NCBI GenBank assembly: GCA_026936335.1
Contig: JAPMXV010000012.1
Location: 62,001-126,000, forward strand
Length of the DNA: 64,000 bases
Origin: Mantamonas sphyraenae STR306
Lineage: Eukaryota > Protista > CRuMs
Reading direction: 5' to 3'
Under the pieces are notes generated by a model, which was not told the origin of the DNA, ran no database searches, and was given only the letters and a program-made list of their open reading frames with translations. This document shows, in pieces, positions 1-9,150 of this stretch; the first letter of the stretch is position 1; every line of letters begins with the position of its first letter. The translations under genes and the position numbers were made by a program.

Positions 1-1010
1 TCAACCTCCTGCGCGAGGAGCTGGCCACCCCACGCTACGGGGAGTACCGTCTGTGTAAGTTTGTGCCTCGCTCTGTGTGTGCTCGCAGCGCGTCGTCGCG
101 TGTGAAGATTTCGCCGTGAGAACGAGGGAGGGTTTTTCCACTTGCGTGGCCTCTGGACATCGGCACAGCTCATTAATCTATTGTTGGATGGCGCTCACAC
201 ATGCGCATGTACTTGGGCCACAGTCTTTTCCAATGTGGTAACCGACGACCTGCTTCAGGACATTGCGGAGGCTGATGAAAAGGAGAGCGTCACCGAGGTC
301 CAGGTGAGTTTGCGGCCCTGGCACACGCTTATCTGACGTTGCGTGGATACACACGCACACGCACACACACGCACACGCACACACGCACGCAAAGGCACAC
401 ACGGTGCAACGGTGGGGCACACCTCACACGCACGCTGACGCACACCTCACATTGCGACACACCACGCAGGAGTTCTATGCCGACTTTTACCCTGTGAACC
501 CAGAGCTGTTTTCGCTCAATGTGCGCTCTGTGCTGCCGCTGTACGAGTCGACACGCAACAACCCCACCTTTGAGCGTATTGTGGAGGGGCTCGCGGCTGC
601 CCTGTTGGCTCTGAAGAAGAAGCCGCAGGTGCGCTACCAGGGCAACTCGCCCCTGTGCGAGACGTTGGCGCTGGCTGTCAATCACTTTGTGGAGAAGCAG
701 AATGGCTTGGATGGCCTCTTTCACTTTGGCAGCAAGAGTGACGTCCAGCCGCAGCTGATCATCCTCGATCGACGCGACGACCCCGTGACCCCGCTGCTCA
801 CTCAATGGACCTACCAGGCCATGATCCACGAGTTTCTTGGTCTCGTCAACAACCGCGTGGACATGCGTCAGGTCCCGGGCATCAGCAAGGACATGCGCGA
901 GATTGTGTTCTCCCTCGACTTTGATCCCTTTTATGTGGACAACATGCACAACGTAGGTGGCACCCCTTTCATCGGTTCATCGGTGAAGCAGGCACAGAGA
1001 CGGGGAGAGA

Positions 1011-1046
<36 letters not shown>

Positions 1047-2019
1047 GCTGACAAAGGAGAACACACACACACACACACAGAACTTTGGCGATCTCGGAGA
1101 CAACCTGAAGCAACTGACGGACGAGTTTCAGCTCAAGTCCAACAGCAACAAGAACATCAGCACCATCGAGGACATGAAACAGTTTGTGGAAGACTATCCG
1201 GAGTTTCGCAAACTGTCGGGCAACGTGAGCAAGCACCTGATGCTCGTGGGTGAACTCATGCGCATCAACGACTTGCGCTCGATCTTTGACGTGAGCGAGC
1301 TGGAGCAGGCGCTGGCATGCAACGACGACCATGGAGCCATCAAGAACGACCTGCAAGAGATCCTGAGCAGGGACGAGAACTTGGCCAACTATGACCGGCT
1401 GCGTTTGCTGCTGCTGTATGCCCTGAAGTACGAGGGCCACTCGTCCAACATGGTCATGACGCTGATTGACATTGCACAGAGTAAGGGCATGGACGAGGAC
1501 GTGGTATCCATCCTCAAGGGACTGCTGCAGTACGCCGGCAAGGACGTGCGCGGCGTCGACCTGTTTAGCAACAAGAACATCTTTGCCAAGGGCAAGAAGT
1601 TCCTGTCCTCGGGTCTCAAGGGTGTGTCCAACATTTACACGCAGCACAAGCCCTATCTCAGCACAGTGCTGGAGAACCTGCTCAAGGGCAAGCTGACGAC
1701 ACAGGACTACCCGTTTGTCGGCCGCAAGGGCCGTGGCAACAGCAAAGAGGTGCCTCGCGACGTCATTGTGTTTTATCTTGGCGGCTGCACCTACGAGGAG
1801 GCCACCATGGTGTACAGATTTAACGAGGAAAACCCGGGCATCAACGTTGTCCTTGGCGGCTCCTTCATTCACAACAGCGCCACCTTTATCGACGAGATCA
1901 AGACCATGGTTGGCGAGTCGGGCGGGTTCGGAGGCTATGCCACTTCGTCGTCTTCCTCCTCCTCCTCCTCCTCGGGTGCAGGCGTTGGCAAGGGCAAGTC
2001 GAAAATCAATTTCCTTTGA
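1..2019 (+). CDS. VPS45: Sec1/Munc18-family vacuolar sorting protein VPS45, 5' truncated; exons <1-54, 224-303, 470-952, 1081-2019
   Basis: Motifs QEFYADF, LIILDRRDDPVTPLLTQWTYQAMIHE, FRKLSGNVSKH, GVSNIYTQHKP, GGCTYEEA. GT-AG introns join the exons in frame. Confidence 0.93.
1012..1080 (+). repeat. Intronic (GA)n and (CA)n microsatellites flanking the branch point
   Basis: Directly visible in VPS45 intron 3: (ga)n, then cgctgac, then (ac)n and the acceptor ag. Confidence 0.9.
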
Positions 2020-2098
2020 ATTGGGCCATTCTCCCTCTCACAATTCGTCGTGCGCGCTGTACAGGTGCTGGTGTGGATGTTGGGTGTGCATTTGGTCA

Positions 2099-2386
2099 TC
2101 AGCGTCGTCGGTCGTGCGAGCGGATGATCTCTTCGTGGCGGATGGACTCGGAAAAGGCGAGTTCATCCTGAAGTTGCTGGCGGATTTCGGAGGATTCGCG
2201 CTCAAAGGCATGCAGCAGGTCATTTGTGTGCTCCATCACCGTGTCCATTTCCTGCTGGCAGCGGTGCTTGATAAACTGTTCCACCGTCATGTTCCTCTCG
2301 TCGTCGGCAATCATCACCAGTGTGTCCATGGTCGTAATTTCGTTTGAGCCGTTGGGTTTGCGCGGGTCGCGCGCCGTCACGCTCAT
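2099..2386 (-). CDS. Small (~95 aa) helical protein, possibly a Survivin/Bir1/BORI-type C-terminal helix without BIR domain
   Basis: ATG at 2386 opens MSVTARD...; the segment MTVEQFIKHRCQQEMDTVMEHTNDLLHAFERESSEIRQQL resembles the Bir1 C-terminal helix. Fills the gap between VPS45 and the ligase. Confidence 0.55.
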   Translation of the reverse strand: MSVTARDPRKPNGSNEITTMDTLVMIADDERNMTVEQFIKHRCQQEMDTVMEHTNDLLHAFERESSEIRQQLQDELAFSESIRHEEIIRSHDRRR

Positions 2387-2529
2387 CACCACATCCTCAT
2401 CCACCCATGGACATACAGAGAAGTGGAGATGGATGTTTTGATGGGAGTGAAGAGGACGGGAGGGAATTTGCACTCAGGAGCAACACGACATTGGCGACGA
2501 AGCGCGAGCGCTGGCAGCTTGACGCACAA

Positions 2530-5337
2530 ATGTCTTTCCAGACTTTTGTGGAAGCCAGCAAGCCTATTCTACGACGATACTCGGGGCATGTGGATGGACA
2601 AGAGGCCGTGGATGCACACATGGATCTGTTGATGGCTGTGTGGGCAGCAAGTGGCGAAGATCCACTCCTCGCTCGAGACATCCTGGCCAACAATCTGCGT
2701 GGCTCACACGCCTCTGCACCGGCTTCCTCTTCCACAGCTTCGTCGCCTGCAAAACCTGCGTCCCAATCGAAAAAGGCATCGCCCAAGAAGCAAGCGAAAG
2801 CAAGCAGCAGCAGCAACCAGCTCGGTCTGACGGCGTTCTTTGCGTCCCCAGGCACAAAAAAGCGGGAGAGGCGTTCTCTGGAGACAGAAAAGCCAGATAA
2901 GGATGAGGAAGGGCATGGTGAAGACGTCGGGCAGGCTTCGGAGGCAAAAAAGCGGCAGCGGGTGGAGGATTTGCAGTTCATTGACCCCACGACGGTGGTG
3001 GTTGACAATGGTGTGGAGGAGGACATGCAATCGTCAACATCGTCGTCGTCTTCGTCTTCTTCGTCGTCAATCACGTTGTCCTCATTGTCGTCGTCGACAA
3101 TGGCCTCGGTGGTGTCTCGAGGAGGCAACGAGGCACCGCCTGCGCTGGACGGCGCGCTCGCACAAGACCTGCATGCGTACCATCCTGTGCGAGACGCATG
3201 CTGGGAGGCAGGACAGCCTGTGCCGTACCTGGCCATTGCACGCACACTGGACATGGTGGAAGCGACAAGTAGCCGGACAAGCAAGATCAACCTCCTGACG
3301 AACATGCTGCGCTCCATCATCACTCTGTCGCCACAAGAGGTGCTCCCAGCTCTCTACTTGACTGGAAACAAGATAGCGCCGTCGTACGTCAAGCTGGAAC
3401 TCGGCTTGGGCGGGAACACCGTGTTCCAGGCGCTGTCGCAGGCGACAGGCTGCAGCTACTCAGTGCTGAGCAAAGACATGAAGGAGCTGGGCGATCTGGG
3501 CGACGTGGCGTACAAAAGACGCAAATCCATGCGTACGTTGATGGCACCCAAGCCACTGACGGTGCGGGGTGTGTTTGACGCGTTGATGCGCATCGCAAAC
3601 ACGAAGGGCACCGGGAGCGCAAAGGCAAAGCTGGGCATGGTCAAGAAGCTTATTGTGGCATCGCGTGAGAAGGAGGTGCTGTTCCTCACACGCAAGTTGA
3701 TCCGAAACCTGCGCACCGGAGGCAAGGAGCTGACCATGTTGTCTGCCATTGCGGCAGCATTTGAGCTGAGTCGTCCGCTGAGCGAGGAGCTGATGCACGT
3801 GGCTCGTTTGGGTCAGGCTGCCAGTGACGACCAACAGCAGGCTTTGGATGAGTGGGTGCGCGTGCCGTACGAACCACGCGTGGTTGTGCATCGGCCGCGC
3901 TCTGGCAAGAACAAGGGCCAGGAACGCGTGGAGCGACTGGTGAATGCGGAGCTGGAGGCCAACCTAAAGGCAGCGGCACAAAGGCTGCGCAAGGCATTCT
4001 TCTTGTGTCCCAACTTTGACGTGGTGATCCCGCTGCTGCTGGATCCTCAGTGTGGCATAGCCCACATTGACACGATGTGCGGGATCACACCTGGGGTGCC
4101 GATCAAACCTATGCTGGGCAAGATTACACGGGACACGGACGAGGTGCTGCGCGTGTTTGGCAACCGGGCGTGGGCCGCCGATGCAAAGTATGATGGCCAG
4201 CGCGCACAGCTGCACAAATCATCCGATGGGTCGGTGGTTGTGTTTTCCCGCCACCTGGACAACATGACGGAGAAGTATCCGGACATTGTTGCGTTGATGG
4301 AGAGCATGGTCGAGGTGGAGTCGTGCATTCTGGACTGCGAGGTGGTGGCTGTGGATCGCAACGCAGGGCGCATCCTGCCCTTCCAGAAATTGACCACTCG
4401 GAGCAAAGTCAACGTGGACGTGGATGCCATCGACGTCCACGTGTGCCTCTTTGTCTTTGATTGCATGCACCTCAATGGTCGATCGATGCTGGATCTGCCG
4501 TTTCGACAACGTCGCGAGGCCATGGAGAGCCACCTGCAGGAGCAAGCGTGGGTGTTGCAGCTGGCACAGCTCATGCGTGTCGAGTTGGATGCCATGCAGG
4601 CCGAAGCCGACGAGGAGATGGCCATGGGCAGGGTCAGGGAGCAGCTGAGCACGTTTGTGTCGCAGTGCCTCAAGATCGGCTGCGAGGGAATCATGTGCAA
4701 GTCCCTGGATGTGGATGCAAGCTATGCACCCAACGAGCGCACAGAGGCCTGGCTCAAGGTCAAGCAGGACTATGGCGAACTGGCGGACACCATCGATGTG
4801 GTGGTCATCGGCGCGTATCACGGCACAGGCCGCAAGAGTGGCTGGTATTCCCCCTTTGTGTGTGCGGTGTACAACGAGGACACGGGCGAGTTTGAGTCCC
4901 TGTGCAAGTGCATGACGGGCTTCACCGACGCGTTTTTCACGGAAAAGCGGGCCTGGTTTGAGCAGTTTGCGATTCCGGAGCCTCTTGACGGCTACAATTG
5001 CGGAGTGCATCCGTCGGTGTGGTTCGACTGTGAAGTAGCCAAAGCAGTGTGGGAAATCAAGGGTGCAGATCTGACAGTGTCGCCAAAACATCGCGCAGCG
5101 GCGGGTTTGTTTGGCGAAGAGGAACTTGGCGGACGAGGTCTGAGCCTACGCTTTCCACGCTTCATCCGTGAGCGGACGGACAAGAGCATCTACGACGTCA
5201 CCACCAGTGCACAGCTCAAGGAGATGTTCCTGCGACAAACAAAGATCAGCGCGGTGGAAGAAGGCGACAACGACGATGATGAGGACGACAATGACGACGA
5301 GGGACAAGACAGTGATGCTGAAGAGGATCAGGGGTGA
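2530..5337 (+). CDS. ATP-dependent DNA ligase, ligase I family (LIG6/Adl1-like subtype), intronless; start may be 2407
   Basis: Active site KYDGQRAQ (4186-4209), motifs ILDCEVV, FVFDCM, EGIMCK, WLKVKQDY, SLRFPRFIRER. PIP box QLGLTAFF at 2818-2841. Confidence 0.92.
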   Translation: MSFQTFVEASKPILRRYSGHVDGQEAVDAHMDLLMAVWAASGEDPLLARDILANNLRGSHASAPASSSTASSPAKPASQSKKASPKKQAKASSSSNQLGLTAFFASPGTKKRERRSLETEKPDKDEEGHGEDVGQASEAKKRQRVEDLQFIDPTTVVVDNGVEEDMQSSTSSSSSSSSSSITLSSLSSSTMASVVSRGGNEAPPALDGALAQDLHAYHPVRDACWEAGQPVPYLAIARTLDMVEATSSRTSKINLLTNMLRSIITLSPQEVLPALYLTGNKIAPSYVKLELGLGGNTVFQALSQATGCSYSVLSKDMKELGDLGDVAYKRRKSMRTLMAPKPLTVRGVFDALMRIANTKGTGSAKAKLGMVKKLIVASREKEVLFLTRKLIRNLRTGGKELTMLSAIAAAFELSRPLSEELMHVARLGQAASDDQQQALDEWVRVPYEPRVVVHRPRSGKNKGQERVERLVNAELEANLKAAAQRLRKAFFLCPNFDVVIPLLLDPQCGIAHIDTMCGITPGVPIKPMLGKITRDTDEVLRVFGNRAWAADAKYDGQRAQLHKSSDGSVVVFSRHLDNMTEKYPDIVALMESMVEVESCILDCEVVAVDRNAGRILPFQKLTTRSKVNVDVDAIDVHVCLFVFDCMHLNGRSMLDLPFRQRREAMESHLQEQAWVLQLAQLMRVELDAMQAEADEEMAMGRVREQLSTFVSQCLKIGCEGIMCKSLDVDASYAPNERTEAWLKVKQDYGELADTIDVVVIGAYHGTGRKSGWYSPFVCAVYNEDTGEFESLCKCMTGFTDAFFTEKRAWFEQFAIPEPLDGYNCGVHPSVWFDCEVAKAVWEIKGADLTVSPKHRAAAGLFGEEELGGRGLSLRFPRFIRERTDKSIYDVTTSAQLKEMFLRQTKISAVEEGDNDDDEDDNDDEGQDSDAEEDQG

Positions 5338-5353
5338 GGTGGCTTTGGTTGAC

Positions 5354-6307
5354 TCAGATGCCATACATTGTTTTTGTGTTCTCCCTGCACTGTGTGAGAA
5401 CAGCGTCCAAGGAAACTCCGTGGATGTCGGCGATGGCCTGTGCAACCACGGGGATGAGTCCCGAGTGACACTGGCCACCGTGTGGTTCAGGTGTCATGTA
5501 AGGCCCGTCTGTTTCGAGCAGGATGCGATCGAGAGGCACTGCGGCAACAACCTCGCGTGCTCGTTTTCCCGCCGCGTTGCTGTATGTCATGTGGCCCGTC
5601 ATGCCCAGAAACACCCCCGTGTGCCATTCGAGCAGCTTCTGTGCTGTGTCTACGGTGCCTGTGAAGCAGTGCACGTGCACCCGTTGCGTCTCCACGTCGA
5701 CGTGCTCCTGCAGCAGTGCCAGGAGCTCCTCGTCCGCGTCTCTCGAATGGATTTGGATGGACATGGCACGTTCCTTGGCCAGAACCAGTTGTGCTTCAAA
5801 CGCGGCCAACTGCTCTTCCTTGCTGGACACATTCTTGAAGAAATCCAGGCCGATCTCTCCCCACGCCACGATCTTGGACCCGTGCTCCTCCACCTTGGCC
5901 AGAATGCGTGCACAAAGGCCATCGTCCCAATATTTGGCGTTGTGTGGGTGGCATCCAACGACTGCAAACACGCGGTCATCCGCAATCTGCTCGTCAAGCA
6001 GGCCGAAAGAGCTGAACGACGCAGGATCCGCAAACACGGCAATGCACGCCTCAAAGTTGTTTGGATGCGGAAACTTGGCCATGATGTCTTCCAATGTCAT
6101 CCCACGCGCCTTTTCTGCCACAAATGGAAGATGGATGTGCGTGTCGACGAACCCGACCTCGCTGCTCGGGATGTCCTCCTCTTTCCACACGCCCTTGCCC
6201 TTCTTTTTGCCACCTCCACCTCCTCCACCTCCACCTCCTCCACGATTACGGTTGCGGTTGCGATTGTTGCGGTTGCGTGATTTATTTCCTCCGCTGCTGC
6301 TGCTCAT
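5354..6307 (-). CDS. tatD: TatD-family metal-dependent DNase with an R/N/G-rich N-terminal tail
   Basis: Motifs FVDTHIH, GCHPH, WGEIGLDF, IHSRDA, HCFTG, LLETDGPY. Confidence 0.93.
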   Translation of the reverse strand: MSSSSGGNKSRNRNNRNRNRNRGGGGGGGGGGGKKKGKGVWKEEDIPSSEVGFVDTHIHLPFVAEKARGMTLEDIMAKFPHPNNFEACIAVFADPASFSSFGLLDEQIADDRVFAVVGCHPHNAKYWDDGLCARILAKVEEHGSKIVAWGEIGLDFFKNVSSKEEQLAAFEAQLVLAKERAMSIQIHSRDADEELLALLQEHVDVETQRVHVHCFTGTVDTAQKLLEWHTGVFLGMTGHMTYSNAAGKRAREVVAAVPLDRILLETDGPYMTPEPHGGQCHSGLIPVVAQAIADIHGVSLDAVLTQCRENTKTMYGI

Positions 6308-9093
6308 TGCTTTGGAACTGGGTGCGCGTCGATCATGGCGTTGACAAATGCGCCGAGAAAGGCCATCTTTGCACGCACATCAGCTGACATGAGCTGAGCG
6401 TTGTGCAGGGTAAACGACTCGGAGTGACCAGACATGGCGTCAACAAAGACAAACTGCTCGCCGGTGCTGTTGACAATCAGCTGCTGGCCGTCGTTGAACA
6501 TGAGACACAAGTCACCGTTGGACATGCGCTGGCCCCATCCCACGCCGTCCACATACACACAGCGAGTCACCTCAGGTGTGGAGCTGACCTGTGCGTCGCA
6601 CTGCACACCCATGCTCACCGTCTCTCGCTCGGACCCAAACGCACGCACAAACCCGTACGACCCCACACTATCCACGCTAGAGCGCATGCTACTGCGCACC
6701 AGTGCGTTTGGCCCGTCATCTGCTTTGCGGCCGTTGCTGTTGCCACTCTTGCGTGGAGCTGAGCCGATGACCACGGGAAAGTGCAACAGACTGCCCGAAT
6801 CGGCGTGGCTGAGCATAGCATCCTCCACCAATTGTTGCACCTGCATGCATCGCGTGTACCCCTGCTTGACCTGTGTGAGCAGCGGCACGAGACGCTGGGG
6901 CACATGAGAGCTGCTGGTGTCGATCTCTTCGCACCTTCCCTGAGCATCGTGCACCTCTACATGGCTGCGCGACGGACTAAAGTACACTTTGCACCCATCG
7001 TCGCCGTACACTTTCATCTCAAAGTCCGGTCGCGGCCCATTCTCCATCAGCACACAGCGTGCTGTGTCGGTGTGCACCGTCACCTTGGCTGTCTTGGACT
7101 TGACCAGAGCCACAAACCGTGCTGCATATCTTGCCTTGTTGGCATACTTGGCGGGCAAGGCGTCAAGGTCATACACCTGCTCGTCGCTGCGCTTGCCTGC
7201 GCGTCGACGCACACGCACCAGGCCGTTGCGTCCGTCGATTCCCATCTCAAACGTCGATCGGCCCTTGGCCATGTGTACACGCACCTCCCCATCCTCCCGG
7301 ATCTCCACAGTGCCCGTGCGGCTGCGGTGTGCAATCGCAGGCAGTCGTGTGGTCACAAATGCCTGCGGATCGTGCGTCCCCGTAGTTGACGACGCGGACA
7401 CCTTTCTCTCGCCAGTAGAAGCTTCTGTCGACGATGCATACGCACTGGGTTCATACGCAGACTCTGTGCTCATGCGCACCCTGTTGCTGCTGCTGCTGCT
7501 GCTGCTCGTGCTGCTCGTGCTGGTGGTAGCCCATGCGTCATCGTCGTCGTCCGTGCCAGCCTGCTCATCCACACTGAGCCGCGACAATCCTCGGCTGTCC
7601 TGCATCATGGCCAACATGGGCGAAGCCTGTGCTGCTTGGGCTTTTGCGGCTGCCACTTCCCAGCTCTGGCGTTGTCGTTGTCGTCGGGTGCTGCTGCTGC
7701 TCCTGCCGCCCTCCGCACCGGGTTTACTCGATGCCACGGGCGACACGTCGACATCAAAGCCTTTCAAGGCTGAAGGTGGCGGTGTGCGCTGCTTCTGTGC
7801 GGCCACCATCTCCGTCAGCGAGGCATACGACGAGACACTATCCTCCTCCTGCATCCCCGGACGATTGCGGTGCAACGACAGAGTGGACGACGATGTCGAT
7901 GACACCGACGACCGTGGGCTGCTGTGTTGCACAGGTGCCTCTTTCTCCTGGCTGCTGCTGCGTCGTCGACGGCTGCGCCGATTGGAGGAGGAGGAGGACG
8001 ACGACGACGACGACGACGAAGAGGCCGAGGAGATCACTGAGGACATGGAGGTCGACACCGACGAGGATACAAACTTGAGAAATGGATGTTTGAGCACCTT
8101 GTCCAGAGGCAGGCGCTGTTTGGGATTCTGTTTGAGCAGTTTGCGGATGAGGTCACGTGCGTGCGGAGACAAGTAGTCCGGCATGGAGTAGTCCAGATTT
8201 GTGGCACGCTCGAATGTGTCCAACACCTCGTCGCTGTTGAATGGCGGTTCGCCTGTGAGAAAAGCAAACAGCATGCAGCCCAACGCCCAAATGTCTGTGC
8301 TCGTGGTGTGCGGCTTCTGTTCAATCATCTCGGGCGACAGATAATTGGGCGTCCCACACATGGTGGACCGCTCCTCTTGGCCCAGAGACAGCTGTGCAGC
8401 CATGCCAAAATCGGCAAGCTTGAGTGTATCCCCCTTGCTGGAGCTCAGCAGGAGGTTGGACAGCTTGAGGTCGCGGTGAATGACGCGGCGGTCGTGAAGG
8501 TGCTGCACAGCAAGCACCAGTTGACGAAACAGCAGCGCTGCGTGTTGCTCGGGCAGTCGTCCACCGCGTTGGTTGCGCAGGTATGAATACATGTTGCCGC
8601 CACGGCAGAGTTCCATGACCATATACACGTGCTGGGCGTCCTCAAACGTTGCCAGCAACTTTACCACGTTGTCGTGCTCCAGACCCCGGTGCACACGCAC
8701 CTCATTGGCCACCCGCTCGCTCATTCCGGCTTCTTTCACCAGCTTCTTTTCCAGCTGCTCTCTCGTTGCCGTGTGAGTGGCCGTGCCAACCGCGCCGAAT
8801 TGGCGCCAAAAACGCAGCCCTCGCCACCGCTCCCGCCTTGTGCTCGCACACCGCGCACGCACGCTAACACGTACACATTTTACGGCCACCGTCTGCTTGG
8901 TGCGCATGCATGTGGCTTTGTACACATGACCAAAGCCGCCCTTGCCCAGGAGCGTTCCAAATTTGTAGTCCTGCGGTGTGTGTGTCAACGCAACGACGAG
9001 CGCCCGCTCCATGCCCCTGCCACTCGCCCCACTCACCTCCACGCAATCTCCATACGCAGTCTTGCCACCCTTGGACTTCCTTCTGGAGGACAT
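6304..9093 (-). CDS. PLK4: Polo-like kinase 4 (SAK/PLK4); introns 8971-9036 and 8755-8874
   Basis: Kinase motifs LGKGGFG, VAVK, HRDLKLSN, DFG, TMCGTPNYLSPE. Cryptic polo box segments (TTRLPAI..., RYAARFVALVKSKTAKVT...LMENGP) and PB3 (GVGWG...FNDGQQL). Confidence 0.88.
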   Translation of the reverse strand: MSSRRKSKGGKTAYGDCVEVSGASGRGMERALVVALTHTPQDYKFGTLLGKGGFGHVYKATCMRTKQTVAVKCVRVSVRARCASTRRERWRGLRFWRQFGAVGTATHTATREQLEKKLVKEAGMSERVANEVRVHRGLEHDNVVKLLATFEDAQHVYMVMELCRGGNMYSYLRNQRGGRLPEQHAALLFRQLVLAVQHLHDRRVIHRDLKLSNLLLSSSKGDTLKLADFGMAAQLSLGQEERSTMCGTPNYLSPEMIEQKPHTTSTDIWALGCMLFAFLTGEPPFNSDEVLDTFERATNLDYSMPDYLSPHARDLIRKLLKQNPKQRLPLDKVLKHPFLKFVSSSVSTSMSSVISSASSSSSSSSSSSSSNRRSRRRRSSSQEKEAPVQHSSPRSSVSSTSSSTLSLHRNRPGMQEEDSVSSYASLTEMVAAQKQRTPPPSALKGFDVDVSPVASSKPGAEGGRSSSSTRRQRQRQSWEVAAAKAQAAQASPMLAMMQDSRGLSRLSVDEQAGTDDDDDAWATTSTSSTSSSSSSSNRVRMSTESAYEPSAYASSTEASTGERKVSASSTTGTHDPQAFVTTRLPAIAHRSRTGTVEIREDGEVRVHMAKGRSTFEMGIDGRNGLVRVRRRAGKRSDEQVYDLDALPAKYANKARYAARFVALVKSKTAKVTVHTDTARCVLMENGPRPDFEMKVYGDDGCKVYFSPSRSHVEVHDAQGRCEEIDTSSSHVPQRLVPLLTQVKQGYTRCMQVQQLVEDAMLSHADSGSLLHFPVVIGSAPRKSGNSNGRKADDGPNALVRSSMRSSVDSVGSYGFVRAFGSERETVSMGVQCDAQVSSTPEVTRCVYVDGVGWGQRMSNGDLCLMFNDGQQLIVNSTGEQFVFVDAMSGHSESFTLHNAQLMSADVRAKMAFLGAFVNAMIDAHPVPKQ

Positions 9094-9150
9094 GAAGCTG
9101 GATTTGGTGGTGGAATTGGAAGCGTTTTGTTGGGTTTGCCTGAGGCCCCC

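Noticed and set aside
2530-6307. Ligase plus TatD as a prokaryotic or viral DNA-repair island
   Set aside because: The ligase has a eukaryotic PIP box and low-complexity linker, codon style matches flanking intron-containing genes, and there are no mobility genes or terminal repeats.
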